Assembly: GCA_035221665.1 (NCBI GenBank)
Contig: JAVHYY010000086.1
Location: 310,001 to 374,000, forward strand
DNA: 64,000 bases
Reading direction: 5' to 3'
Source: Okamejei kenojei
Lineage: Eukaryota
Shown in pieces: positions 1 to 12,726 of the stretch. Under the pieces are notes generated by a model that was given only the letters and a program-made list of their open reading frames with translations, did not search any database and was not told the DNA's origin. Position 1 is the stretch's first letter; every line of letters begins with the position of its first letter. Position numbers and translations under genes: made by a program.

Positions 1-33
1 ACCCTGATTTTCAATGGTATTGGTGGTTTTATA

Positions 34-801
34 ACCATATAACCATATAACAATTACAGCACGGAGACAGGCCCTCTCGGCCCTTCCAGTCCGTGCCGAC
101 CATTTGTTTTCCCCTAGTCCCATCTACCTGCACTCAGACCATACCCCTCCATTCCCTTCACGTCCATATACCTATCCACTTTACTTTTAAATGTTAAAAT
201 CGATCCTGCCTCCACTACTTCTGCTGGAAGCTCATTCCACACAGCCACCACCCTCTGAGTAAAGAAGTTCCCCCTCACGTTACCCCTAAACTTCTGTCCC
301 TTAATTCTCATGTCATGCTCTCTTGTTTGATGGGAAAAGCTTATCCACGTCAACTCTGTCTATCCCTTTCATCATTTTAAAGACCTCAATCAAGTCCCCC
401 CTTAACCTTCTGCGCTCCAAAGAATAAAGACCTAACTTGTTCAACCTGTCTCTGTAACATAGTTGCTGGAACCCTGGCAACATTCTAGTAAATCTCCTCT
501 GTACTCTCTCTATTTTGTTGACATCCTTCCTATAACTAGGCGACCAAAATTGTACACCATGCTCCAGAATTGGTCTTACCAATGCCTTGTACAATTTTAA
601 CATTACTTCCCTACTCCTATATTCAATGCTCTGATTTATAAAGGCCAGCACACCAAAGGCTTTCTTTACCACCCTATCTACATGCGATTCCACCTTCAGG
701 GAACTATGCACAGTTATTCCTAGATCCCTCTGTTCCACAGCATTCCTCAATTCCCTACCATTTACCATGTAATTCCTCAATTCCCTACCATTTACCATGT
801 A
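34..801 (-). mobile_element. CR1 LINE, 5'-truncated (RT C-terminus + 3'UTR)
   Basis: ORFs 313..813 and 114..353 carry CR1 ORF2 C-terminal motifs (RDLGI, LYKALVRPILE, VQFWSP, ERRRLRGDL, FFTQRVV..WN.LP). (AACCATAT)n tail at left end; 30-bp tandem duplication at the 5' junction (~742-801). Confidence 0.9.
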
Positions 802-1400
802 GCCATAACCCAATCAAGTTGGCAGTCCAGTGCATCTGGAAATAATTTGTTGTACATCCATTAACGTGCTTTTATTTGGATTGTTATTGGATTGTTGCTC
901 GTGGAACGCGGGAGTCTGCGGAGAGACTACATGGTTATATATAACATTGTGAGAGACATGGAAAAGGAACAATCAGAACACTTTTTCTCGGGTGAATGTC
1001 TAGGGGGCAAATTTTTAATGTGAGAGGGGGAAAGTATAAATGAGATGTGAGGGTGAAGTTTCCAGACCGAGGGTGATGGGCGTCGGGAACGCGCTGCCGG
1101 GGATAGTGGTGGATTGTGTTACTGAAGTGGCGTTTTAAGAGGCTTTTCGATAAGCACTCGGATATGTCGGGAAGAGGGGGAGATTGATCAGATGCAGGTA
1201 AATTATATTAGTTTATCTTGAAATCAAGTTCGGCAATGATATTTGTGGGCCGATGGGCCTGATCCCGTGCTATACCGTTCTATATTCTACGTAAATTCAG
1301 ATAGTCGCATTGGATTAACTGCACGCTTGGATTCGTTGTGGCAGGTTAGATGCAGAGAGGTCTCACAGCGCGCAACATCTGTGCCCCAGTAACATGCGGC

Positions 1401-1439
1401 AGTTATTGTACGAGGATTCCGTGCGTTCACGTCCCTGCC
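1401..1439 (-). promoter_or_regulatory. Degenerate 23-RSS of V1
   Basis: Nonamer ACAATAACT (1409-1401), 23-nt spacer, heptamer decayed to GGCAGGG (CAC lost). Confidence 0.7.
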
Positions 1440-1919
1440 AGACTCTGCACCGTAATACGTCGCCATGTCAAGCAACAGCTGCGTAATGGTCAATCGATAC
1501 TCCGTCACCGATTGTTGGAGCACATCAGAAAATCTGCCTTTAGCGAAAGTCGCCGTATATTCAGAGGCGTTACTCATGTATCTCCCAAACCAATGTTTGG
1601 GCCTCACGGCTCTCTACTGGCGATAACAAACTATATAATATGCGGCACTGGTGTGTAGGTACAAGATAAGGTGACGTTCTGCTGCGATTGTCTCCCGCTG
1701 TATCAAGGTATCGGCAGAGCTCAGACGTGGAGTAAGGCTAAAGAAAAGTCGTGAGGTTAGAAACATAGAAACATAGAAAATAGGTGCAGGAGGAGGTCAC
1801 TCGGCCCTTCGAGCCAGCACCGCCATTCATTGTGATCATGGCTGATCGGTTGATCGCTGATCGAATTAATCTCAACGGTTCGGAATAAACATAATAGGCA
1901 AGATTGAACGCATTGGCAT
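1440..1919 (-). pseudogene. TCR V pseudogene V1 (same family as V4): leader ~1919-1877, V exon ~1726-1440
   Basis: Translation ADTLIQ..NVTLSCTY..YYIVCYRQ*..FAKGRFSDVLQQSVTEYRLTITQLLLDMATYYGAES. Frameshifts, in-frame stop, W>C, second Cys>Gly, acceptor CAG>CAC. Leader-like MPMRSILPIMFIPN; CR1 3' fragment in the intron. Confidence 0.85.
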
Positions 1920-2082
1920 TTACAGAACAGAAAACAGAATTCGAAACAAAAGAAATGACCGCGACCCACGAAGCTACAAATGCCGGAATCTTGAGCAAAT
2001 ATCTACGTGTTGGATGCACAGAGCGTGTCAAGCAGTATCTGTGGGGGGAAATGAGATACGACGTTTCGGGTCGGATCCCTTT

Positions 2083-2434
2083 AACCATATAACCATATAA
2101 CCATATAACAATTACAGCACGGAGACAGGCCCTCTCGGCCCTTCCAGTCCGTGCCGACCATTTGTTTTCCCCTAGTCCCATCTACCTGCACTCAGACCAT
2201 ACCCCTCCATTCCCTTCACGTCCATATACCTATCCACTTTACGTTTAAATGTTAAAATCGATCCGGCCTCCACCACCTCTGCTGGAAGCTCATTCCACAC
2301 AGCCACCACCCTCTGAGTAAAGAAGTTCCCCCTCACGTTACCCCGAAACTTCTGTCCCTTAATTCTCATGTCATGCCCTCTTGTTTGAATCTTCCCTACC
2401 CTCAATGGGAAAAGCTTATCCACGTCAACTCTGT
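2083..2434 (-). mobile_element. CR1 3' fragment, near-identical to 34-365, inserted into a Penelope-derived short repeat
   Basis: Same sequence and (AACCATAT)n tail as the first copy. 9-bp TSD GATCCCTTT at 2074-2082 and 2435-2443. Confidence 0.9.
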
Positions 2435-3733
2435 GATCCCTTTTTCAGATTGCTGCCAAAAGGACGATGTATGCGCGTTTCCCCACACCCTCCCATGCCC
2501 CACTCTATCAGCTTGACTGCCGTTGCTGTCTTCCTCCCACCAAGCGCATTCTTGGTATTAGTGATCCACTAATGAGCTATGTTTGATTCACTTCACTTAC
2601 TCCATCTAAGAAGTCACATATTCTTCGCACACGTGATGAAATTGTATTTGCGGAACTTCACACTGGGTCATCAAAGACAATCAGCCGTAGTACTGCCCAA
2701 CTGATGCAAATATCCACGCAGCCGAAAGGGTTCTGTTTGTGCTCCTCTCTCGAAAATCGTCCGCCTCGCTCAGAGGGATTACAGCGTTTCCCGGTAAACA
2801 TTTCATAATGATTATAATTGCCCCGCGCTTCGCACGCTCTCGCAGTTCCGGTTCGAGCGTGCGAAGCGCAGTGCGCCAGAATCTTAGTAAAATTCTTACT
2901 AGTTTAAGACATTAGCCTTACTACTCAATTTCATTGTCTGCCGCGGCACGGCGTGTGCAAGTAGTCGCAGTTTACCCTCTCAACAATCGGATCTTTGGGT
3001 TTCCAGCGATGACGCGGCAACTGTCAGAGGGATTGGGTAAATCTGATGAGTTGGCATAACACCACTTCCCGTGGAACAACAATCGGAAGGCGCGAGTAAT
3101 TCTGACTGGAGCGTGTGTGACCAACCGAGCTGCCCCAGATGTCCATGGATGCTGATTTCAGAATACTCAGAAATTAAGATCGGTGGTGAATGGCAATCTT
3201 AAAACAAATATTTAGAACGTTTATTTTTCAGATAGTAGGATCTCCAGCAAAAGGAAGGGAACCAGTATCGCCAGTTGACCGCATTTAGGAATAATTGCTC
3301 TCTTTCTCCGTTCTCATACAGTGTCTGTTGACTGTGAAGCTAACGGTGTTTCTCATCGCCATTGCCGGCTGAAGAGCTGAGTTATTTTTCCACTATTTCT
3401 CCATTTTTTTTTCAGAGATCCAGCATTGTGGTGTCGTTTGATTTGTATTTAATGTGACAAGGGAGCTCAACATATAAGACTCCCGCACCCATCTCGTCAC
3501 GCATCCCCACCGTCAGTAGCACTCTCCATCATCTGTGGCCTCGAGCAGGCCATTTGTCGCAATAAAAAAATTGGACTGTGATTGTTGTAGTTCTTGACGC
3601 CATCATAAACGTACATCCTAGCAGCAGGTTGTAGAGTCGGGTATTATAATGTGGCGTTCGGTAGAACGGACTTCTCAACGTCGTCAATTTCGGACTCCCA
3701 ATCGTTATGAGAGAGACATTCGCAGAATCGTAC

Positions 3734-3782
3734 AGGAAGGAAACAGTCATGCAAACAGCGCAACACGGTGTTCCAATTCCAT
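3734..3782 (-). pseudogene. Possible orphan, decayed V leader exon
   Basis: ATG..MELEHRVALFA*LFPS + 1 nt, then GTACGA donor (49 nt, phase 1 like the other leaders). CCAAT just upstream; no recognisable V exon follows. Confidence 0.35.
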
Positions 3783-4404
3783 CCCTTGATTGGACGCGGC
3801 GTTATACACCGTTTGATTTATAACCAGACCCTCCGTATTGGATCTACAGTTTCACTATAAGCGACCATGTGCTGTTTAGTAACGTCAGCTGCCTTCTCCT
3901 TCTTCCATTCGCAAACGAAAGCATGACTAAAATTATGTCATCGCGGTTTTTGTGTCCGGATGTGAATTTCAGGTGCACTGATTCGTAGACACCACAGACC
4001 TAGAGCCTTAGCTTGAGAACATTGAGAAACAACAATAACATTGTAGAAGCAACGACACGCGAAAAGAGATTTTAAAGCAGGTGCAGCAGTCATTCCGAGA
4101 AACGCGTTCTTTTCTTTACAAGCCTTCTTGAATGTTTACCACGCGTTTATTTTGTAGGTCAATTACTTTCAGATCTGATGCCGCAATTTCCTTCTGTCAT
4201 AACCGTCCTTGGGAAACCAGTGTAAATAAATGTCTTATGACACGACCGGATTTCACCTCATTCACGACGTAGGAGAGAATTTCCCCGTCCAATTAACGAT
4301 ATAGATGCTTGGTAGTGCAGAGCCAACGAAATATAACTGCGCGTCGGAACCGCCCACTCACCTTCCTCCTGTCCACAGCTGTAACCGCCTGTGAAATCAC
4401 ATGG

Positions 4405-4443
4405 TGTTTTTGTACAGGCTCAGCACCGCAACGAGACTCGGTG
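4405..4443 (-). promoter_or_regulatory. 23-RSS of V2
   Basis: CACCGAG (4443-4437), 23-nt spacer, ACAAAAACA (4413-4405). Confidence 0.85.
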
Positions 4444-4905
4444 GGGCTCAGGGCACAGTAGTACACTGCCGGGATTTCCAGTTGTGCTTCAGACACACTC
4501 AATAGGACGATCCGCCTCGAATCATCAAGAGAGGTTGAAAAGTGTTGACCCGGTGAATTGGTCTGTGCTTGGTCTGTGCTTGCTTATCCAGAGCATAAAT
4601 TCCATGGGTCCTCCGGCATCTTAACGGTACCGGTATAGATACGTAACTTGTGTGCTCGTTGCTGTGTAGTTACATCGCAACTCAACGTCGCCACATTCGC
4701 TTACTGCGGTTGCAGCCGATGTCTGTGAAACGGAATCCCCTGGATAATACCCAGCAAGAGGTCGGAACGACATTAAATCAGACAATAACGCTGTGCCGCC
4801 CGTACACTGAATAATACCCTCATTCTTAAATTCCTGCGTTCAAAATATATCTACGCATTATAACAGCCGAGCAGAAGCCCACATCAATGGACAACAAGGT
4901 CCCAT
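4444..4905 (-). pseudogene. TCR alpha/delta-type V pseudogene V2
   Basis: DSVSQTSAATAVSECGDVELRCNYTATSTQVTYLYRYR* (W>R, TAA at 4623-4621), 11-bp internal duplication AAGCACAGACC, ends ..PAVYYCALSP. Leader-like MGPCCPLMWASARLL* from ATG 4905. Confidence 0.88.
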
Positions 4906-5726
4906 ATCAGCTGCATTCCAGTTTGGAACGAGCCACCAGGCAATACCTCCTGATCCTCTCGTAATGTGAGTGAACGAGTCCATGGGGACTTTAGTTTCAA
5001 CCCTCATCTGACTGAGGGCGTTTCTAAGTGCGTGTGTGTGTGCGTGTATGTGTTCAGGAATAAAGGCTGATAGGCTGATGTAATAAATTATCAACTGCGG
5101 ATGCGAAGTGCAGACGCGTGTAACCCGTGAAATTACCGAGAAAGCGGCTGATTGAAAAATAGGACACAAATGAAATGTCAACATGCTTGCAGAGAGTTGG
5201 CGGATGTGACCCGCCAGGGATGTCTATCGTATTTGTTTTTTTTACGGATGTGCGGGGAAAGAGTAACATTCAGCCCCTGATTGGGTAAATTCGGACAAAG
5301 CGGTAAATGACACCCAATCGTCTCTGCGGAGAATTGTTCTCGATTCCACCAATCAGCTAGCAGCTGTGCGTGTTTCACATGTTGACTCGACGCATGTTTC
5401 CGAGCTGCGAAGAGATAGATTCAGTCCCGGGGCAATTGGCGCCTGTTTCACGAACAATTGTTTGGAACCGAGAGGGAGAAATCTGAAGAGACCGTGTGGC
5501 ACACGATACAAAGACTGCCGCTAGTTTAAACATGGTTCCGAGGTAGATTAAAACCCACATGCTCTTTGCAACATGGGTTTAGTTCAAGTCCTCTCAGTGT
5601 TCCAAATTTAAGGAATCGGGTGCATCTTTGCTGTGTGGATCTGGACTGCAACCCAGTCTTAATCAATAATTGTCGATAAAGAGGCTTTGTATTGAATGTA
5701 GCTGCCCTGGGCAGAACATCCGTAAG

Positions 5727-5745
5727 TGGCCACTGGAGGGCAGCA
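5727..5745 (+). promoter_or_regulatory. Putative CTCF-binding site
   Basis: TGGCCACTGGAGGGCAGCA closely matches the vertebrate CTCF core TGGCCACCAGGGGGCGCTA. Confidence 0.6.
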
Positions 5746-6090
5746 ACTGCCCGCGCCCAAGCGAATCTTTGCCATTTTAAATTGGCCGCGCTGGTGGTCC
5801 AAAACCTACTCGCCAGATGAGCAGACTATATTCGCCACCTGCGAATCTGATTGTCCAATTTTCAGCAATCGGTCTTTTTCTGTGACGTGGTTTCGGTTCA
5901 ATGCACGGTGTGAGAATAGCCTTATGTTTACGCCGTTTATGGAGTTAGTCTTGGACTAACCACCTATCGGTCAGGGTACCTAACTTCAATTTCAACGTCG
6001 TCGTATCATTTACAGGCAAGCCCAATTACAGAACTGTTTCTGCAAGGGCAGGCATGCCTATGTGTAACGCGGTAATGCTGTTGGAATAGA

Positions 6091-6162
6091 GGCGCGGTGG
6101 CCAAGTGGCAAGGCGTCGGTCTCGTAAACCGAAGATCGCGGGTTCAAATCCCGTTCGCGCCT
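6091..6162 (+). tRNA. tRNA-Thr-CGT: tRNA-Thr, anticodon CGT
   Basis: GGCGCGGTGGCCAAGTGGCAAGGCGTCGGTCTCGTAAACCGAAGATCGCGGGTTCAAATCCCGTTCGCGCCT. Acceptor GGCGCGG/TCGCGCC, anticodon stem TCGGT/ACCGA with CT-CGT-AA loop, T-loop TTCAAAT. The nearest T4 terminator is distant (~6248). Confidence 0.92.
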
Positions 6163-7013
6163 GCAGACGTATAGCTTCATTTAGCACACTGTATTGTGGC
6201 GCCCGATTCCAATTGCAAACTGCACAAACCGGTCGCTCGGGTGCTCCTTTTACCCTGCTAGGAACACCACCCTTTAAAGCACGTTACTCATTTGGTTGAT
6301 TCTCCAAAGTAAATCACAAAATCGAAGGGCCGAATGGTCCACACCTGTACCTAGTGTTTTGCTTAGGCTTACTGACTTAGGCTTAATGGCTCCCTCAATA
6401 TATTTATGTGCAGGGGAAACAAAGAGGAGGGCTAAGACTATTTTACTGAATGCTGGTGAATTACTATCTGTAGGATGTTACAATCTGTTTTCAGATCTTA
6501 AAATTCAAGCATATACTATATCCCACCAGATAAAGCTTAAAAATAACTTCAATTTGATACCCAATCCACTTTCATGTCTTCAGTATTAAACAAGTCGTGG
6601 TCATTTTCATGCTCGGAAATTAACAACTTGTTCCCTATTGCTTTTCCATTAACTGAACATAAAAACTGTGATCGAGGACAGTCAATTGACATAAAAGCCA
6701 ATTACTTTCTTAAACATTAAGGGAACTGAATGAAATTTTCAGTTAATATTGATTGAAGCATTCTAAAACAAATATGATACATCTTACTTGGATGGCCTGA
6801 AATTGAAGTATATAATTAATTAACTACCTAATTACGTAGCTAAATACAACGTTAACCGTTGTGACGGAAATAGTAATAAACACCCAAATTGCCTTGATAA
6901 TTCAAAAATGTGATATTCTCAAGATCTGAACTTTAATATTAATGTATTGTTTAAACAAATTGTAAATACCCAGCAAAAAACATATTCATCAGTGTCATCA
7001 AATCAATTAAATG

Positions 7014-9368
7014 TTTTCCAATGAACCAGATATGCTAAGAGAAATCGAGGTAATGAAACCGCTTGGAGGTAGTGATAATAATATGATTAGTTTTAATCTG
7101 CAATTTGAGAAGGAGAAGGTTAAATCGGAAGTGTCAGTGTTGCAATTGAACAAAGGGGACTATGGAGGCATGAGAGGGGAGCTGGGCAAGTAGACTGGAA
7201 CGGGATCCTAGTATGAATGACGATGGAACAGCAATGGCAGGAATAACTACGCAAAATCTGGAAGTCGCAGGATCATTTCATTACAAAAAGACAGAATGAT
7301 TCTAAGGGGAGTAGGAGGCAACCGTGGCTGACAAGAGACGTTAGGGATAGAATAAAACTAAAAGAAAAGATGTATAACACAGCAAAGTGTAGCCGGAAGC
7401 CAGAGGATTGGAAAACTTTCATTGGACAACAGAAGGAAACAAAACGGACAATACGGGCTGAAAGATGAAGTACGAAGGGAAGCTGGCCAGGAATATAAAG
7501 AAGGACAGTAAAAGCTTCTTTAGATATGTTGGGGGGGAAACAGTAGAAAAGTCAAATGTGGGTCCCTTGAAGGTTGACACGGGTGAAATTATTATGAAAA
7601 ACAAGGAAATGGCAGAAGAGTTGAATAGGTACTTACGAACTGTCTTCACTAAGGAAGTCGCAAACAATCTCCCAGATGTACTGGAGGACAGAGGATCTAA
7701 GGAGGAAGAGGAACTGAAATAAAATTTCATTAAGCGAGAAATAGTATTGGGTAGGCTAATGGGACTGAAGGATAACAAATCCCCTGGGCCTGCTGGTCTC
7801 CATCCCAGGGTCCTCGGGGAGGTGGCTCTAGACATAGTGGACGCATTGGTGATCATTTTCCAATGTCTAATAGATTCAGGATCCGTTCCTGTGGATTGAA
7901 GGATAGCTAATGTTATCCCACTTTTCAAGAAAGGAGCGACAGATAAAACGGGGCATTACAGACCAATTAGCCTGAGTTCGGTGGTGGGAAAGGTGCCGGA
8001 GTCAATTATTCAAGAGGTATTAATGGGGCATTTGGAGGGCAGCAAAAGGATTAGTCCAAGCCAACGTGGATTTATGAAAGGGAAATCATACTTGACCAAA
8101 CCACTGGATTTTTTTGAGGATGTGACAAGTAAAATGGATTAAGGAGTGCCAGTGGATGTAGAGTATCTAGACTTTCAGAAAGCCTTTGATAAGGTCCGGC
8201 ACGGGAGAATGGTGACTAAAATCAGAGCACATGGAATTGGGGGTGGGGTGTCGACATGGATAGAAAATTGTTTGTCAGACCGGAAGCAAAGAGTAGGAGT
8301 CAACGGGTCATTTTCAGAATGGCAGGCAGTGGCGAGTGGAGTGTCGCAAGGCTAGGTGTTGGGGACGCAACTGTTTACCATATATATTAATGATTTGGAA
8401 GAGGAAATTAGGAGCAACACTGGCAAGTTTGCGGATGACACAAAGCTGGGTGGCAGTGTGAACTGTAAAGAGGATGCTAGGAGATTGCAGGGAGACCTGG
8501 ATATGTTGAGTGAGTGGGCAGATGCGTGGCAGATGCAGTATAATATAGGTACATGTGAGGTTATCCACTTTGGCGTCTAAAACAAGGGGCATATTATTAT
8601 CTCAATGGGATTAGGTTAGGTAAGGGGGTGCAGCGATACCTGGGTATCCTTGTACACCGGTCACTGAAAGTTGGCGTGCAGGTACAGCAGGCAGTGAAGA
8701 AAGCTAATGGAATGTTGGCCTTCATAACAAGAGGATTTCAGTATAGGAGTAAAGAGGTTCTTCTGCAGTTGTATAGGGCTCTGGTGAGATCACATCTGGA
8801 GTATTGTGTACAGTTTTGGTCTCCTAATTCGAGGAAGGACATCCTTGTGATTGAGGCAGTGCAGCGTAGGTTCACGAGATTGATCACTGGGATGGCCGGA
8901 CTATCATATGTGGAAAGATTGAAAAGCCTAGGCTTGTATTCACTGGAGATTAGAAGCATGAGGGGGGATCTTATAGAAACATATACAATTATAAAAGGAC
9001 TGGACAAGCTAGATGCAGGAAAAATGTTCCCAATGTTGTGTGAGTCCTGAACCAGGGGACACAGTTTTAGAATGAAGTGGAGGTCATTTAAGACTGAGGT
9101 GAGAAAAAATCGTTTTCACCCAGAGAGTTGTGAATTTATGGAATTCCCTGCCACAGTGGGCAGTGGAGGCCAATTCATTGGATGGATTTAAGAGAGAGTT
9201 AGATAGAGCTCTAGGGGCTAGTGGAGTCAAGGGATATGGGGAAAAGGCATGCACGGGTTATTGATAGGGGACCATCAGCCATGATCACAATCAATGGCGG
9301 TGCTGGTTTGAAGGGCCGAATGGCCTCCTCCTGCACCTAATTTCCATGTTTATTTGTTTCTATATTTC
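7014..9368 (+). mobile_element. CR1 LINE, 5'-truncated, degenerate ORF2
   Basis: RT motifs [39 protein letters not shown]-like tail; TSD TAAATG at 7008-7013 and 9369-9374. Confidence 0.92.
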
Positions 9369-9649
9369 TAAATGCATATAAATTCAATCACTAGGTCTAA
9401 ACATCTATCCCATTCTTAAGAAAAGGCTAAAATATTGTTTTTAGTAGCCACAGTATCCAAATAACAAACTGATCCCATTAACAGAAGAGGTCACAATATA
9501 ACATGATTTTTAAATCTCAATTTTTAAATCATGAATTTCTATGCAAAATGGAAGGAATTGAATGTTTATTTCCCATTAATGTTACTCTTTCTCACTGCAG
9601 CAGGGAAAGGCCATTTTACACGGACATTTGTTCCAAATCCAGAAACATC

Positions 9650-9907
9650 CACTCTCCAGATAATCAAAATAATTATTTTATGCACAATCATGTCATAAGA
9701 ACATCTAAATTATCTATATTTTGTGTTATTTATCCACGATCAATATTTTCATATTAAACATCTCACTAAAACTTTACCGTGGACTTTTTCAGATATTTAG
9801 TATGAAAATATTGATCATGGATAGACAATAACACAACATATAGATGAGTTAGATGTTCTTATGACATGATTGGCTAAAACAAAAATAATTTGATTATCTT
9901 GAGAGTG
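9650..9907. repeat. Long imperfect inverted repeat (arms ~9650-9763 and ~9791-9907)
   Basis: CACTCTC/GAGAGTG, AATCATGTCATAAGAACATCTAA/TTAGATGTTCTTATGACATGATT, GATCAATATTTTCATA/TATGAAAATATTGATC. Confidence 0.85.
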
Positions 9908-11789
9908 ATCGATCGGAATGTGGCCGCAACATTTATGATTTAAGCTTCCTATCGGCAGGCAAGATACGGCCGATATATTATCGGGGCCTCAATTACATTT
10001 TTCGCATCATCGCATTAAAATGAAACCACACCAAAAAGCAAGAAAAGATGTTAAATAAACGACATTCCTTTTGTTTTGTCCTGCACTTGCGATCCGTGAC
10101 ATTGAAGGTATTGAAGGCGTTAGAAGTCGCGTTTGAGTTCAATCCAGCGATGCAATGGACAAGCAACTTAAAAAAAAACAGGGGCGGAATCGTAGATCGC
10201 TTTTTCTTCATCCGCTTGAAGTCCGAGCAAATTCCTCTCCGACACCCAATACAAACCTGCATTTTAATCCTGCCCCCCCCCCCCCCCCCCCCCCAAACAG
10301 CTTCCGGATCGCACGCACAGGCAGTGGGGAAACCTGGAGCGCCACTTATGGTAGGGTTTTGTAACAACGCTACTATCTGAATACCGTGGGTTGCTTGGTA
10401 TTATGCTGGTTTATACCAAAGATAGACACAACATGTGGGTGGGCATCTTCACTAGAGAAAATTACTAGATGACGTTTCGGGTCTGAACGTTTATTGAGAC
10501 GGAATGCAGAAGTAGGCGGAGCGGAAATAGATTGGCGTCGAGAAAAGGCCAGAAAAAAATCAAGACCGGCAATAAATTAACTCAGGGAGGTTGGAGTCCA
10601 TAATGGCGCATTGTTGATGGGGAAGGTGTGATACAGGGACGCGAACTGTTGCATTGTATCATGTTGGAAATGTATAGATACAGCTGTCCAGAGGCAAATA
10701 TATTCAATGCCACCGATAATTGGTTAACCGTCTCGGAAAGAAATTGATTGTCTTATTACCCATTTCGCCTCGAGGTTATGTAGGTTTTTAAAGTCCCTCG
10801 GCCAAATCAGTTTCCAATCCTTTTTGCCATGCCTACGGGGGTTGAGGGGCAGGGGAGATTAGGGCACGTGCATTGATACCGCTACGTGCACAGGATTCGA
10901 GTCTCGGCCGCGTTTATCATTTAGTTTCAGTCTGAGTTCAGTTGATTTTTTTGATATACGATTCTATCAACGTCCTGACAGTGCACTGTATTTACAAATA
11001 TTTTCGGTATTGACACCATACAGTTTCAGAAGGGCGACGTGATAAAAATTAGTTACATTGATATTCAATATTTCACAACATCGTTAGACATTTTAAAAAG
11101 AGGCAGTACACTTTTTAATTTCGACTAGCATAAATCTGCATAACCCAGTCACGCTGATGAAGATGATGTGGAATGCATCCAGCCCGTTCTACAAACAAAA
11201 TTATCAATGCCTTCCATTTAATGCTGGGTTCTTGCCTTAAGCGAGCCTTAAGGTGGCGCGGATGTCAATGTCCAGCGCTGGCTCCATGCTGTTCTTCCGA
11301 TCCATGTCAGAATAGTCTGGACCAATGATCATCGCCAACGAGGACACCTACTGCCTTGCTACGTTTATCTTAACACGCGACTCAAGCGGGAGCAATTCGG
11401 CCGAATTTGTGTTTCCCTCTGAGTCAGGGAACCAGTCAATTCAGGGAAGTTAATTATTGACAACAGATGGGTTCTTACGAATACTACTCAAATAGCACAC
11501 AGAGAAATCTGAAATATAGCACGATTTTATGTGTGAAGAAATCTGAAATATAGTGAAGGTGCCCACCCACATAGAACTTTGTACTGTCAGAGTCTAGCGC
11601 CAATTTCGTACCCGGTATTATTGCCACAAGGCTATATCATCCACAGGTTTACTGCAGATAGCACACAGTAACCTAACGTCGAATATCATATATTAATTAG
11701 CAGCCTGCATACGGTTACAAAGAAGTAAACGTTTATTTTTATTTTTACAATTACCATGAGATGCAGGGGCAGGCATTGGTGGTCTTGCC

Positions 11790-12726
11790 CCGTACTTGAT
11801 TTTGTTAATCAGCTTGAAGGGGTAGGTGACTCATTTTTCAACTGCTCTCTGAATTTGGTCTGCGTCCCCGCATAAATACATGAGTTGGTGCAGGAACTGA
11901 GAAGCTCCAGCATGTATCCACTTTCTTGTAGAATAGACCTCGGGTCAGTGGAATTGGAACTGTTGGCATAGTTATTGCTTGATAATTGCACAAGCAGAAA
12001 GTTAACAACAAACGTCAGGCGCAGCAACATGAAATTACCCGAGATTGCGAAGAGTAAAATGATGGACTTCTCCTGCTCTCCATCACTGGGTCCCTCTGAT
12101 TGTCTCCATTGCTCTGGGCTCGGAGCCTCTTGCGGACTCCACTGGCCGCCAGGATATGTCTGACTGTCAGCGCATTTAGTAGCAAAATAAGAAGTAAAGG
12201 GAGACATGGGTTTAATATACGATGCAGCCAGTCATAAACTCGCCAGGAAGTTGAAGTATAATTATTTTATTTTATAATTATTTTATTTTTTGAAGTATAA
12301 TTATAACTTATTTTATGCTGCAATACCAGGGCACATTATCGATGACATACACGGGCCCATAAACAAAGTAAAGCGGTATGTTGTTGAAACACACAAGCGC
12401 GCACACTACTCCAATAACTGTAGCCGCCGTGTTCTCCGTACAATAACCGTGTTTCAGTCGCTGGCCGCAAATGACGATGGACCGATCGAAGGTGAACGCG
12501 ACAGTTAACCAGACGGACGTGTTATTGCAAGCCCAGCTGACTGCAATGACGACACTGCAGGCCGGATTTGTTGCCAGGAAACTAAGCGGGAAATAAATAA
12601 GCCGGAGCCGGCTCAATATCACGGCTGCGACAATGACAAGGAGATCACTGAACATCAGGTAGCTTGTGATGCAATTGAAAAGGCCGCATCTTCCCTGGGA
12701 GAGAATCACGATCGTCACTGTATTGG
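11790..12726 (-). pseudogene. Rhodopsin-class 7TM GPCR pseudogene (GPR139/GPR142-like, chondrichthyan expansion), main coding exon
   Basis: Acceptor TTTGTTTCACAG ends at 12727. Translation: ..VTIVILSQGRCGL..SDLLVI..SVWLTVAFTFDRSIVIC..YCTENTAATVI..IPLYF..PWYC..KSIILLFAISGNF..SGYMLELLSSCTNSCIYAGTQTKFREQLK. Frameshifts and an AT-rich duplication at ~12251-12315; first exon not identified. Confidence 0.85.

Noticed and set aside
6185-6223. CACACTG-23 nt-GCAAACTGC just 3' of the tRNA gene
   Set aside because: The nonamer matches only 5/9 and no coding segment precedes it; probably a chance cryptic RSS.
10354-10388. GGGTTTTGT..TACCGTG resembling a J-type RSS
   Set aside because: The spacer is 19 nt and no FGxG J motif with donor follows.
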